A stretch of 64,000 bases of DNA, from NCBI RefSeq assembly GCF_964204645.1, contig NC_134030.1, positions 124,001-188,000 on the forward strand, written 5' to 3'. A program made the position numbers and the translations under genes. Under the pieces are notes generated by a model. It was not told the DNA's origin. It saw nothing but the letters and a program-made list of their open reading frames with translations, and searched no databases. Position 1 is the first letter of the stretch; every line of letters starts with the position of its first letter. This document shows, piece by piece, positions 35,403-49,841 of the stretch. The DNA comes from Tubulanus polymorphus. Lineage: Eukaryota; Animalia; Nemertea.

Positions 35403-38111
35403 GATCGATGACATGAGGGACCAGTTACACAGTCGTGGCTCTTGGATTACAGACGACCAGTTTAAGACCATCTTAGTTCTGTTGTACAAATTTAACAACT
35501 TCAGATCAAAATCAAGATTCAAAAATATTTTTGGACTTAATAAGACTGTGAAACTGGGACCTGGGTCACTGGAACCAATTAGATGTTCCAAGGTTATTTT
35601 TGAACCGATTTAACAATGAATTTCTCTTTGTCTTCGGAAATTAATAATGTAATAAATCAACATTGAGAAGAGACTTGTTTTTGAAATTGTTCTATAATCA
35701 AAATGGCAGCAATGAGCTCCATATATTCGACAGATACTAATGTAATTTAACTGTGCATAGAAACTGTATCATTATGTTTTGCCGTCGGTTTCTTGAACAG
35801 CTAAATGTATAAAAACACAAAACACTTCGTATTAGATAAATAGTGAATCTGTTTACAGTAACTCACAGACTTTGGTGGCTGAGTTCATTTTATTTGCACT
35901 TTCTTTCCAAAAGCTTTTCATTGACTTCTATTGAAGGTTTCTGTCAAAATCAGACAAGTGACCTGTGTCTTACTGTAATTTTTCTTTTCTCTTGAAGTAT
36001 GTTTTCATGTATGATATCAATAATCATTTTCAAACATTTCTGTATTAGTGATTATAACAATAGTTATAGTTAGTTATGTGTTCAGAGTTTCTATCGATCC
36101 AAGGAAATTCATCACATGTTCCCAGGTTTACCACTCCGCACAACTATAGCCTCACATCTCCCCTTAGCTCCCACACGGATTCGAAACCTGGAAACATTGC
36201 TGATGCTGTTTGTAGTCTGAATTAACCGTACCACAAACAGATGTAGCCCTTAGAGTTCAGGCCTAAACCATGAGGTTAAATGAATTCGAGCTGGCTTTCC
36301 GCTTGGTGAACTAGAGGAACCTAAACGTAACTGGTTGTCAGACCTTTGAGGTAGAATAACCCAGACTGGATGACTGGTTCAATAGGTGGTAGTGGCGATC
36401 GTGGAGATGGTGGATGAGAAGGTGGAAATAGTGGATAGGGGGTCGATTTGATGGTGGATAGGGGGATGAGATGGTGGATAGGGGGATGAGATGGTGGATA
36501 GGGGGATGAGATGGTGGATATAGGGATGAGAAAGTGGATATGACGGTGATTGAATTGTCAGTCATAAGGGTGGTGGAGATGGCAGGGGTGATGATGATGC
36601 AGGGGAAGATGGTGGTGATGATGATACCACTCCACACAACTATGTGAAGCCTATGGTGATGATGATAACAATGGTGATGCTGATGAATCTGGTAGGGATG
36701 GGACGGGGTAGAGCATGGTTATGACAGCTATGCTGGAGATGGCGGAGATGAGGCAGATGGTGATGATGGTAGTGATGGTGATGCTGACGGTCGTCCAGTC
36801 AACTAGTTGACCGGTCATCCGACCAGTCGACCAGTTGTCCAATCGTCCGACCAGTCGTCCGACCAGTATACCATGTAACATGTACAGTCTTCGAATCACT
36901 TCAAAATAAAGAACCGAATCACAACCAACGCATGTAATATGTTCCTACACCCTGCACTATAAACCCGTATTCTAAAATTGGGCCCAGAATTTAAGTGTTA
37001 CATTAATTTGCAACTTAAACTTAGTTCGTTTTCCTATGAATTAACTATAGTCGAGTCTTACAATCACAACTGTGCAACTGGGATTTGACTCTTGAGTCAA
37101 CTTCAACTAAAACCCGTCGAATTCTGGATCATGATGATACAAAAGTTAATCGCAGTTTTGGTTTCGATTTCAATTTTTCCATTTTACCCTGACCAACCAA
37201 TGCCTGACTGGAGAAAGGAGAAAAGAAAGAGAGGGGGGCATAGTGAGAGAGAGAGAGAAGGGAGGGGGAGGAGAGAGAAGGAGAAGGGAGGAGAGAGGGT
37301 AGGAGAGAGGGAGAAGGGAGGAGAGAGGGAGAGAGAGTTAGAGGGAGAAGGGAGGGGAGAGGGTAGGAGAGAGGGAGAAGGGAGGAGAGAGGGAGAGAAT
37401 TTTCTTTGAAGTTTTGAATTGTCTCTATCATCTCACTATTATCATCGAATGATATGAATTAGACAGTTTTCAAATAGATAATAGACAGCAGACAGACAGA
37501 GACAGCAAAGCTGTTTTTGTGTGCGAAAAACGTTGCGTCATTTGATTTTAATAAAAATAAATTTCCTTTTTAAACATTTTAATGAGCATTTTATACATTT
37601 GCATATAGGTCGTTCACAATCAACTCGACATTCACTACTTGTTTTCATTGACTTGAATCTGAAACTCGGTGCGCAGTGGTACCATGACGACACGTATGAC
37701 GCAAGCACAACTACAGGCATAACGTGTTAAATCGTCTCTCCACAAAAACATAGTCAGATAAAGTTTCATTAGAAGGTAAGTAAAAGAATCACCACCTGAT
37801 TATACACTGCGCAAGACATACCACCTGATTCATAGCTTTGCAATTGCTTCTTTCGCTTTCGTTAATTTTGTATGAGTTTACAATATACACAGGTCTGGAT
37901 CCAGCGATTTGGAATGGGGGGGGGGGGGGTGGACAAAACCTCCCAGCCCCCAAAAATTGTAGCTTCAAAATATTCATATAAAACACAGGCCAGGCATTGG
38001 TTTTCCTAGTGTGAGCAACTTGTTTAAGCCTAGCTGGTCGATACTATAAGTATTTTCACTTAGTGACTCCAGTAACTCACACCAGGTGTCTCTCTATTTT
38101 CAGAGTAAATC

Positions 38112-39575
38112 ATGGCGCTTCAAAAGTCGATGAAGAATATTGAGACTCACAAGACAATGTTGACTGATCTTGTCGCTAATATCAGTAACACAACACAGGA
38201 GAGGATGGCTGAACTACTGAGTGTAGAACAAGATATTAAACTATCTGTGGACAACATGAAAATACAACTAGATGTTTGGTATGAAGAGTACAAGTCAAAG
38301 ATTGATATCAGGCGACAGGAATTACAGGGAATCTCGAAGGATGCGCTGAAGAAGGTGACGAAATGTTTGAACAAGTTGACGATGTTTGAGTCGTCGCTGG
38401 AACAAGGTAAAATAGATGTAGAGGATATAGAAGAGTTCACTAATGATCATATAAAGTTCGCTGTTGGTGATGTTGACGCATTGGTTGAAGCAACTCAAGT
38501 TGAAAATGTGAATATTTGTTTCAAGCCTAATGAAGTAGCACTTTCAAAATCAGTTGTTCTGGGAGAGTTGGATGAAGGCACAACTACTCGACAGGGAGCT
38601 GTGGGAGGGGTCGGAAGTGAGGCCGTAGCTGCGATAGAAGATCGTCCGAATAAAACCTTCGAAATTACTGAATTCAGGGGAAATGAAATTTCCAATAACA
38701 ATGGTTTTATAACAGCCTTGCCGGATGGTAACATAATGCTTGATAGAGATACAATTGTGGATGAACGACTTGTTGAAATTGATACTGATTCAATATTTGT
38801 AAACATGTCGAATCTTTCTGTAGTAAGACTGGATTATGAAACTGATTTGTTGTATGCGTTCTGCAAAGATACGGATAAGATAAGCGTCCACCGGTTTAGC
38901 TTAGTAACAACAGCAGCAGGAGCAGCAGCAGCAGCAGCAGCAGCCGGGCAACAGGTTTACAAGTGTACCGGGTTTGTCCCAACATTGCCTGGGATCATCA
39001 GCATTAATGCTTGTTTCATTACAAACAACCAGTTATACATTGGCAGCGAGAATGTACTTACGTATTTCAAAATCAAACCGGTCACCGCAGGAGCAGATAC
39101 CAATACCAGGTTTATTGATAAACAATCAAAGATGGCGCTTACCGTTGATAGTACGATCAGAGATATCATAACAACACTGAACGCAGAAATTATTCTTGTC
39201 TGTTATATACGACATGACGATGGCAGCAGGGAAGAAGCAGTTCTGTATCATGTTACACAAGATGCTGCCCAACTTATTGTAAAACATAGAACGAACCTTT
39301 GCAAAAAGGGAACATATTCATTGGTCAGTCTGTTTTGTCCGACAAGTTCCTACATTATTGTGTTTATTTCTTTCGACAACAGTAAGACACTGGTTTATCA
39401 GACAAGAGTTAATACTGATGGTAGTTTATCGTTTCCAAGTCCTATCGGCGAAATCAACTTGTTAACAGATCGAATTTGTCGTTTGAAATCCGACCCCAAC
39501 ACAATTTGTGCAATTGATTATCTTAATAGTTATATGGCGTCGTATCGGGTCACAGAATCTGGAGGATTAGAATGA
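38112..39575 (+). CDS. TRIM-like coiled-coil + putative beta-propeller protein, copy 3 (487 aa)
   Basis: Intact ORF; 5 aa differences from copy 2. Confidence 0.7.
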   Translation: MALQKSMKNIETHKTMLTDLVANISNTTQERMAELLSVEQDIKLSVDNMKIQLDVWYEEYKSKIDIRRQELQGISKDALKKVTKCLNKLTMFESSLEQGKIDVEDIEEFTNDHIKFAVGDVDALVEATQVENVNICFKPNEVALSKSVVLGELDEGTTTRQGAVGGVGSEAVAAIEDRPNKTFEITEFRGNEISNNNGFITALPDGNIMLDRDTIVDERLVEIDTDSIFVNMSNLSVVRLDYETDLLYAFCKDTDKISVHRFSLVTTAAGAAAAAAAAGQQVYKCTGFVPTLPGIISINACFITNNQLYIGSENVLTYFKIKPVTAGADTNTRFIDKQSKMALTVDSTIRDIITTLNAEIILVCYIRHDDGSREEAVLYHVTQDAAQLIVKHRTNLCKKGTYSLVSLFCPTSSYIIVFISFDNSKTLVYQTRVNTDGSLSFPSPIGEINLLTDRICRLKSDPNTICAIDYLNSYMASYRVTESGGLE

Positions 39576-41295
39576 ATACAATGAGACACGAGTAGTACTA
39601 TCTAGGTTTAACTAGTATATTTGACGCACGAGAGATTTCGTTACTAATGTAGTTTCATCACTCACCTAATAGTAGTTGTAAATATACGTATCTAGATCAA
39701 AGGTCGAAAAACTAGTTAAAAAAACTAGTCACACCTATAAAGTACTATCCGTCTCTTCTATTCTACACCCGGTTTACACCAGGCTACTTTAATTAAGAAT
39801 GTGTTAGGTGTAACACGATATTTTGTTCAGTCTCTCGATATCCAAAACAAGCCGGACCCAATCGCTATAACGTGGTAGAAATCTGGTATAAACATGCCTG
39901 ACTTTGCAAAGATGACCTAAATAAAGTTGTAGTAAGCAAAAGTGATGTAAAATAAATAAATAAAAAGTTATTAGTAATATGATGAATAACAGACTCCCTG
40001 GGACCAGTTTCACAGTCGGGGCTCCAGTCCAGTCCTAACACCAGCTCAGTTCTGTAGATAATCTAACAACTTGAGACCAATCCTCAAGATTCAAGATCGC
40101 TTTCGGACTCAACTGAAGACTGTGAAACTGAGACCTCCCGGATCACTATAATCAATGGAATCAATTAAATGTTGTCAAGCTTACGTCTGTTCTGATATCG
40201 AGAATTCTTTGAATCAGGTTCAGAGGAATCCGCGATAAGGACATAACAAATCATTGTAAGACGTTTAGTAACTTATAACTAATATTTCTTTATAATCGAA
40301 ATGGCAGCGATGAAGCGCCATGTCCTCAATATATAAGTACTAATGTAATCTAACTGTATATATGCAATTGTATCATATTCTGCCACCGGTTCTGTTAAAA
40401 TCAGACACACGTGACCAGTATCGCACTATAGTTTTGCTTGTACCTATGATATTGATAATGAATATTATAAATTTATTAATCTGTATGAAAGTTATTGTTC
40501 AATGTTTCTATCAGGTCCAAGAAATTCATCACATATCGCCACAGTAGACGCTGTTTGGGAGCATGCGCACTGATTGAAAACAAAATGGCGGAAACTCTTC
40601 CTGCCCGGATTGACGGAACCACAAAAACTGCAGCCCTAACCCGGAGCCCTTTCATGTGTAAACTGTAGGGTAGAATAACCCTAATTTGAGGATACATCCG
40701 CGTGGCAACCGAGAGAGGAACCAAACATGTCTCGATCTCGGTATAATTCAGAGTTTATTCAGAAACAAAACCTACTGTTGATGATTACAACATTCATTGA
40801 CTGATTGTTTCAGAGTTCAGATTAAAAGTCACATTTATCAGAAAAGGGGAAATTACTCGATAAACTCTGATGAAATGAAACTGCAAATTTGATGTTTTCA
40901 TCATCGACTGTTGGATTTCACCGAGCAACCAAAACAATGGAAATCTCGAATTAACCTCGATCTTCAACTCTTCAAGAAAGTTGATTAGTCTAAAATCACT
41001 AACAATACCAGGTGCGCAAAGTTTATAACACAAGAATTTGCTTAAAAAATTAAAAAAATTCTTTAAAAAAATGTAGACATAAAACTTGATATAAAACTAG
41101 TGAAACTATAAAAAAACGAATGAAGGAATTTTCAGCTATAATCGAAAGAAAGGGAAACGTTTGATTATGCTTATCTTTGTGAACTTAAAACTGATAACGA
41201 CAAAGACAAGAACAGACTATAAACACAATCACAGATCAAATACCTGTATGTAGAATCTAGCTGGTCATATTGAAATATATATTATACCTGTGAGG

Positions 41296-44200
41296 ATGGA
41301 TTTATATGTGCTGGCTGTTTGTTTGTTATTGGTGGTGTTACCACTAAAAACAGGTATGGAGGGATCACACATGACAGGTATGGAGGGGGATCACACATGA
41401 CAGGTATGGAGGGATCACACATGACAGGTATGGAGGGATCACACATGACAGGTATGGAGGGGGATCACACATGACAGGTATGGAGGGGGATCACACATGA
41501 CAGGTATGGAGGGATCACACATGACAGGTATGGAGGGGGATCACACATGACAGGTATGGAGGGGGGGTCACACATGACAGGTATGTAGGGGGATCACACA
41601 TGACAGGTATGTAGGGGGATCACACATGACAGGTATGGAGGGGGTCACACATGACAGGTATGGAGGGGATCACACATGACAGGTATGGAGGGGGATCACA
41701 CATGGCAGGTATGGAGGGGGATCACACATGACAGGTATGGAGGGGATCACACATGACAGGTATGGAGGGGATCACACATGACAGGTATGGAGGGGGATCA
41801 CACATGACAGGTATGGAGGGGATCACACATGACAGGTATGGAGGGGGATCACACATGACAGGTATGGAGGGGGTCACACATGACAGGTATGTAGGGGGAT
41901 CACACATGACAGGTATGGAGGGGGATCACACATGACAGGTATGGAGGGGGGGGGGGGGGGGTCACACATGACAGGTATGTAGGGGGATCACACATGACAG
42001 GTATGGAGGGGGATCACACATGACAGGTATGTAGGGGGATCACACATGACAGGTATGTAGGGGGTCACACATGACAGGTATGTAGGGGATCACACATGAC
42101 AGGTATGTAGGGGGATCACACATGACAGGTATGGAGGGGGATCACACATGACAGGTATGGAGGGGGATCACACATGACAGGTATGGAGGGGGGGGGGGGT
42201 CACACATGACAGGTATGGAGGGGGATCACACATGACAGGTATGGAGGGGGATCACACATGACAGGTATGTAGGGGGTCACACATGACAGGTATGGAGGGG
42301 GATCACACATGACAGGTATGTAGGGGGTCACACATGACAGGTATGTAGGGGGATCACACATGACAGGTATGTAGGGGGATCACACATGACAGGTATGGAG
42401 GGGATCACACATGACAGGTATGTAGGGGGTCACACATGACAGGTATGTAGGGGGATCACACATGACAGGTATGGAGGGGATCACACATGACAGGTATGTA
42501 GGGGGTCACACATGACAGGTATGTAGGGGGATCACACATGACAGGTATGGAGGGGGATCACACATGACAGGTATGGAGGGGGTCACACAGTAGTTCATTT
42601 TCAATGTGAAGAATCAAGTTTAACCCAACAATTGTAGAACTAGTTCCTGATGATACAAAACTTGATGAAGTTTCGATTTCAAATGTGTGTAGTTCTTTAG
42701 TTTTAAAGTAGTATCACATTTATTATACAACTTACCCTCTCTAAACGACTGTTAACCATGAGCATAGATAGTCCTAGGTTGAGAATTAATGCCCTTATTG
42801 TCATAGTACCCTGGGTCATTGACTGTGTGGAATCGAGACGAGAATGGAGAGAGAGAGAGTAGAGAGGGGGTACAGGGAGAGAGAAAGGGAGAGAGGGAGA
42901 AGGGAGGAGAGAGGGAGATAATTTTCTTTGAAGTTTTGAATTGTCTCTATCATTTCACCATTATCATGAATGATATGAATTAGACAGTTTTTAAATAGAT
43001 AATAGACAGCAGACAACAGACAGCCTGAAAATAATCGATAACATCCTCGAACGCTAACAAAGAGATGATCATTATATCATTATATATAGTTGTATAGAAC
43101 GTATGTATTACGTCATATAACTATTCGAACAGTGGGCGACATTAGTGACTGATTCTTTTATTGTAGATCAGGTATCGACAGCAACTACTGCAGTCCAGCC
43201 TACTACAACTACCACAGTCCAGCCTACTACAACTACCACAGTCCAGCCTACTACAACTACCACAGTCCAGCCTACTACAACTACCACACTCCAGCCTACT
43301 ACAACTACCACACTCCAGCCTACTACAACTACCACAGTCCAGCCTACTACAACTACCACAGTCCAGCCTACTACAACTACCACAGTCCAGCCTACTACAA
43401 CTACCACACTCCAGCCTACTACAACTACCCCACTCCAGCCTACTACAACTACCACAGTCCAGCCTACTACAACTACCACACTGCGGCCTACTACAACTAC
43501 CACACTCCAGCCTACTACAACTACCACAGTCCAGCCTACTACAACTACCACAGTCCAGCCCACTACAACTACCACACTCCAGCCTACTACAACTACCACA
43601 CTGCGGCCTACTACAACTACCACACTCCAGCCTACTACAACTACCACACTCCAGCCTACTACAACTACCACACTGCGGCCTACTACAACTACCACAGTCC
43701 AGCCTACTACAACTACCGCAGTCCAGCCTACTACAACTACCACAGTCCGGCCTACTGCAACTACCACACTCCACCCTACTACAACTACCCCACTCCAGCC
43801 TACTACAACTACCACACTCCAGCCTACTACAACTTCCACACTCCAGCCTACTACAACTTCCACACTCCAGCCTACTACAACTACCACACTCCAGCCTACT
43901 ACAACTACCACACTCCAGCCTACTACAACTACCACACTCCAGCCTACTACACTTACCACACTCCAGCCTACTACAACTACCACACTCCAGCCTACTACAA
44001 CTACCACAGTCCAGCCTACTACAACTACCACAGTCCAGCCTACTACAACTACTGCAGTCCAGCCTACTACAACTACCACACTCCAGCCTACTACAACTAC
44101 CACAGTCCAGCCCACTACAACTACCACACTCCAGCCTACTACAACTACCACAGTCCAGCCCACTACAACTACCACACTCCAGCCTACTACAACTATCACA

Positions 44201-45276
44201 GTCCAGCCTACTACAACTACCACAGTCCAGCCTACTACAACTACCACAGTCCGGCCTACTGCAACTACCACACTCCAGCCTACTACAACTACCACAGTCC
44301 AGCCTACTACAACTACCACAGTCCGGCCTACTGCAACTACCACAGTCCAGCCTACTGCAACTACCACAGTCCAGCCTACTGCAACCACCACAGTCCAGCC
44401 TCCAACTACCACAGTCCAGCCTACTACAACTACCACAGTCCAGCCTACTACAACTACCACAGTCCAGCCTACTACAACTACCACAGTCCAGCCTACTACA
44501 ACTACCACAGTCCAGCCTACTATAACTTCACCAGACCTGACGTCATCAGTTCCTACAACATCACCAGACGTGACGTCATCAGTTCCTACAACATCACCAG
44601 ACGTGACGTCATCAGTTCCTACAACATCACCAGACGTGACGTCATCAGTTCCTACAAAATCACCAGACGTGACGTCATCAGTTCCTACAAAATCACCAGA
44701 CGTGACGTCATCAGTTCCTACAAAATCACCAGACGTGACGTCATCTGTTCCTACAACATCCCCAGACGTGACGTCATCAGTTCCTACAACATCACCAGAC
44801 GTGACGTCATCAGTTCCTACAACATCACCAGACGTGACGTCAACCTCAGAAGAAACGAAGCCCCTTACATCGATTCCAGATCAATCAACCGAATCGACCA
44901 CAACTGATTCACCATCCGGTAATTAATATCAGTTAAATCTTAAATTCATTAGAATTCATTTGTTCATCAATATTTCAACTGTTTCAATGTATATGTTTTT
45001 ATTTGAAGCGTTAGTCCTAACAGCAGCTCTGGCAAGCGGGTTAATAATAGTAGCGGTTAGTTTTATATTGATCGTTCAGTTATGCAGAAATAGGTAACAA
45101 TAATAACGTATTAATTTGTGTTGAATTTAGATTTTCAAAATTTGATTTATTGATTCTCTGATTTCTAATTTTGCAGGCGAAATCAATCCGGGAATTATTT
45201 ACAATTAAATACAACGCATCCAACGCAGTCTCTCGACTTCGACAATCCGACATTTGATTTAATCAGAGATCCCTGA
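41296..45276 (+). CDS. Membrane-anchored mucin-like glycoprotein (~664 aa); exons 41296-41353, 43167-44918, 45009-45093, 45177-45276
   Basis: Signal MDLYVLAVCLLLVVLPLKT; (QPTTTTTV/L)n and (TSPDVTSSVPT)n repeats; TM ALVLTAALASGLIIVAVSFILIVQLC; tail RNRRNQSGNYLQLNTTHPTQSLDFDNPTFDLIRDP*. Intron phases 1, 1, 2 are all consistent. Confidence 0.9.
41350..42588. repeat. ~26-bp splice-donor minisatellite, copy 3 (~48 units)
   Basis: Direct reading. Confidence 0.97.
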
Positions 45277-45702
45277 AATTACGTAAGAGACATTGACGTC
45301 ACAACTGCTGATATTTCATCAAATTATTTATAAAAAACTTCTATGAAGAAATTTCTATGAAAGTGAAAAAAAATGTTGAATGTAATTTTTGCTTCAATTG
45401 GATAAAATGTTGATATAAAAACGAAATGAATTAAATTCATTTTTATCGATTTTCCTGATGTTTATTTATTGCAATATTTTGTACATTGAATTAATGTATT
45501 ACAGTGTAATATATTATCTATAAACATTGTACTTATTTGTATATTGTAGTTATTACGTTATATTGTATTGAGAAAAGAAATAAAATATTTTATAACAATG
45601 TTTTTAGAAGACATTGCGTTACTGTGTCAATGTTCTGTGAGATTTCACTCGGTCGGAGATGAACTAATTCTGACTCCATTTAATCAAAACCCGAACTGAA
45701 AA

Positions 45703-47350
45703 CTGTGCAACTGTGGATCCAGAACTGTGGAACTGGATCCAGAACTGTGGAACTGGGTCCAGAACTGTGGAACTGTAGCCCAGAACTGTGGAACTGGATC
45801 CAGAACCTGTGGAACTGAGCCCAGAACTGTGGAACTGGATCCAGAACTGTGGAACTGAGCCCAGAACTGTGGAACTGGATCCAGAACTGTGGAACTGGAT
45901 CCAGAACTGTGGAACTGGATCCAGAACTATTGAACTGAGTCCAGAACTGTGGAACTGGATCCAGAACTGTGGAACTGAGCCCAGAACTGTGGAACTGGAT
46001 CCAGAACTGTGGAACTGGATCCTGAGCTGTGGAACTGGATCAAAAACTGTGGAACTGGATCCTGAGCTGTGGAACTGGATCCAGAACTATGGAACTGGAT
46101 ACAGAACTGTGGAACTGTAGCCCAGAACTGTGGAACTGGATCCAGAACCTGTGGAACTGAGCCCAGAACTGTGGAACTGGGTTCAGAACTGTGGAACTGG
46201 ATCCAGAACTGTGGAACTGGGTCCAGAACTGTGGAACTGGATCCAGAACCTGTGGAACTGAGCCCAGAACTGTGGAACTGGGTTCAGAACTGTGGAACTG
46301 GATCCAGAACTGTGGAACTGGGTCCAGAACTGTGGAACTGGATCCAGAACCTGTGGAACTGAGCCCAGAACTGTGGAACTGGGTTCAGAACTGTGGAACT
46401 GGATCCAGAACTGTGGAACTGAGCCCAGAACTGTGGAACTGGGTCCAGAACTGTGGAACTGGATCCAGAACTGTGGAACTGGGTCCAGAACTGTGGAACT
46501 GTAGCCCAGAACTGTGGAACTGGATCCAGAACCTGTGGAACTGAGCCCAGAACTGTGGAACTGGATCCAGAACTGTGGAACTGGATCCAGAACTATTGAA
46601 CTGAGTCCAGAACTGTGGAACTGGATCCAGAACTGTGGAACTGAGCCCAGAACTGTGGAACTGGATCCAGAACTGTGGAACTGAGCCCAGAACTGTGGAA
46701 CTGGGTCCAGAACTGTGGAACTGGATCCAGAACTGTGGAACTGGATCCAGAACTGTGGAACTGGATCCAGAACTATTGAACTGAGTCCAGAACTGTGGAA
46801 CTGGATCCAGAACTGTGGAACTGAGCCCAGAACTGTGGAACTGTAGCCCAGAACTGTGGAACTGGATCCAGAACCTGTTGAACTGAGCCCAGAACTGTGG
46901 AACTGGGTCCAGAACTGTGGAACTGGATCCAGAACTGTGGAACTGGATCCAGAACTGTGGAACTGGATCCAGAACTGTGGAACTGGGTCCAGAACTGTGG
47001 AACTGGTTCCAGAACTGTGGAACTGGATCCAGAACTGTGGAACTGGATCCAGAACTGTGGAACTGGTTCCAGAACTGTGGAACTGGATCCAGAACTGTGG
47101 AACTGGATCCTGAACTGTGGAACTGGTTCCAGAACTGTGGAACTGGATCCAGAACTGTGGAACTAGATACAGAACTGTGGAACTGGATCTAGAATTGTGG
47201 AACTGAGTCCAGAACTGTGGAACTGGATCCAGAACTGTGGAACTGAGTCCACAACTGTGGAACTGGGTCCAGAACTGTGGAACTGGATCCAGAACCTGTT
47301 GAACTGAGCCCAGAACTGTGGAACTGGGTCCAGAACTGTGGAACTGGATC
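45703..47350. repeat. 20-bp minisatellite (CCAGAACTGTGGAACTGGAT)n
   Basis: About 80 units with recurring variant units. Confidence 0.97.
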
Positions 47351-47998
47351 ACGCATATAGTTATATGTGTAACTGTGTTAAGCCTGTGGTGAGAATATTT
47401 TCGGATATATGTTTATAAAGAACGAGTTTTGAATATGTCAGATTTTCACCCTTTTTATTGCATACACTGATTATGTGTATATGTATTATAGTGTATAGGA
47501 GTGTGACAGGTTTGAACTGTATTATATCAGTACTATACACAAACCACAGTCAACTACGGGTTCAGGACATCTTTTTCATTACAGTTCAGGTAAAAAAATA
47601 GGTAATACTTGTAGGTAATACTGTACTCAGTGGATTTAACTTGATTTTATTAGAAATTACGTTACTTTTCGGGCGCTACTCGTCGATACATATGTAGCAC
47701 AGGAGTCAATACACAAACCACTACGGAAAATGACTTAACTTCAAAATTCAAAACTTAATGATATTATCTCCTCGTGTCTAATGAAAACTTTGATCTGTAT
47801 CTTGTATTTCATCAGTTTTAATATTGTTAGAACTGATGAAAGCAGCACGGGAGCCTCAATTCTAACTTAGACTAATTTCAGGCAACTGGAAAATAAATCA
47901 GGATCTGTTCTAAGTGTTATCTTTATCTACAAGTGTTGCATGTAACGAAGTTACAAGAAATTGGAAGTAGTTTTTTTCAGGAGGTTGTTGATAAAAAC

Positions 47999-49801
47999 AT
48001 GTCGTCTTTACGGAAATCAAAGTCGAAACAAAGAACTGGCGGCAGCAGTGAGAAACAACAACCTGTGCGTAAACAACAGCGCGAGGATTCTATTGTGCTG
48101 AGTCGAGAAGATGCTTTTAAAATCTATGACGTTTTAACCGCATTTAAATCATTTAAAAAACCGGAACCATCTTCAGCAGGTTTGTATCAAACCAAGACTG
48201 GTTTCAGGGCGGTGGAATAGACCTGGGAAAGGGTTCCTATAAGTCTGTTGACTCACTAACCTACACCGATAGGTAGCAAGGTATCAGTTGGTATCGTGTT
48301 GTCATGTCTTTGTTCCAAAAATTAGATTTTTCCCACAAAAGAAATGCATAAGCCCAACAGACAATACAGTTACCAGTCTATAAAACCGGCCCCAGGTCTG
48401 CCAAAATATCACTAACCCCAGGTGCTCAACTCTAACCCTAGGTCACCCGTAACCCTAACCCTAGTTTCACCAATGATCCCAACCCTTGCAGGACTCGAAC
48501 CTTCGATCTCCAGCGTGCCAGACGAGTATGCCAACCACTAGACCATAGACCAGTAGTGATTAACTACGTTCGTCAGTTTGTCTGGTCAATGTGGCGACTA
48601 TTGACCAGTCAGGTGGGATGACTGGTAACCAGTCAGGTGTGGCAACTGGTGACCAGTCAAGTGTGGCAACTGGTGACCAGTCAGGTGTGGCAACTGGTGA
48701 CCAGTCAGGTGTGGCAACTGGTGACCAGTCAGGTGTGGCAACTGGTGACCAGTCAGGTGTGGCAACTGGTGACCAGTCAGGTGTGGCAACTGGTGACCAG
48801 TCAGGTGCGGCAACTAATAATACCCATACAAGTGTTGTTATCTCTGATTACTTTTCGGATCCCATTGCCGGTCGGGGCAAGAAAGAGGTCATCTTTAGCG
48901 ATAAGGGAACGATAGCCTACCCATTGACGACGGGAGGGGGGATGTGATTCAAGCTTCTACAAAGTTATCAATTCTGTATTTCAGGAGTTTTTCTGATACA
49001 CAAAACCTACCGGGCCCGACTAAAAATATGGATCAAAAAAGTGCGAGAAAGAGTGAAGGTACAAAAAAATGATACAACAATAATGTAACACTAAAAACAT
49101 CATGTCTTCCCTAGAGATTATTTCTAATAAGGGTGCTTTTACCTAATTGTCGGGAGGGGGGGGGGGGTTCTGGAAAATACGGTCCATGGTATGTTGAACT
49201 TTAAAAGATCTCATCCAATTTAGGGATTGTTTATCTGAGATTGCGGTTTAAATCTCTATTAATTATAGAACAATGAAGTTGTCAAATTGATACACAATGG
49301 AATGTATGTATCACAATTAGCCAAAGAGTTTAATATTGTTGAAGAGAAGGAGGAAAGAACAAATGATGATGAGGATGAGGATGACGACGATGCTGTTTCA
49401 ATAGAATCATCTTCATCGGTAGAACTTGATTCTTCTGATGACGAATTCTTTAAAGGTAATTTTGAAAATTATACAAATTCTTGATAAAAAGGTCGTTTAT
49501 GGTTTTAACGCCACCGCTGGAGAATATGGCGTTATAACGAATTTGGCGAAATAAACAATGGAATTTTCATTGAATTTGAGTTTAAATTAGCGAATTTGTT
49601 CTCTGAAAAAATGTTAGCGTTTAGGGTGAGAGGTGGCAGAAAAACGACGACAGCGTTATAACGAACTGTAGATACAAAATACATGGATCTGTGGCGGCCA
49701 TTTTGAAATCGTGTGAAATCTTTTTCGCAGAACTGAACGAACAATTGAAGAAAAAAATGACATCGAAAACATTGCCGAACAAAACTCCGATAGTGCGTCA
49801 A

Positions 49802-49841
<40 letters not shown>

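Larger units (their letters stand above)
18657..43330. repeat. Three-unit tandem segmental duplication (units ~18657-27206, 27207-38051, 38052-~43330)
   Basis: Near-identical coding and non-coding sequence recurs in the same order, e.g. near-identical spurious ORFs at 20393/28954/39804 and 21392/33672/40794. Confidence 0.95.

Noticed and set aside
43142-44508. Minus-strand Cys-rich (CGSCSRLD)n and Val-rich ORFs
   Set aside because: Antisense shadows of the mucin Thr repeats.
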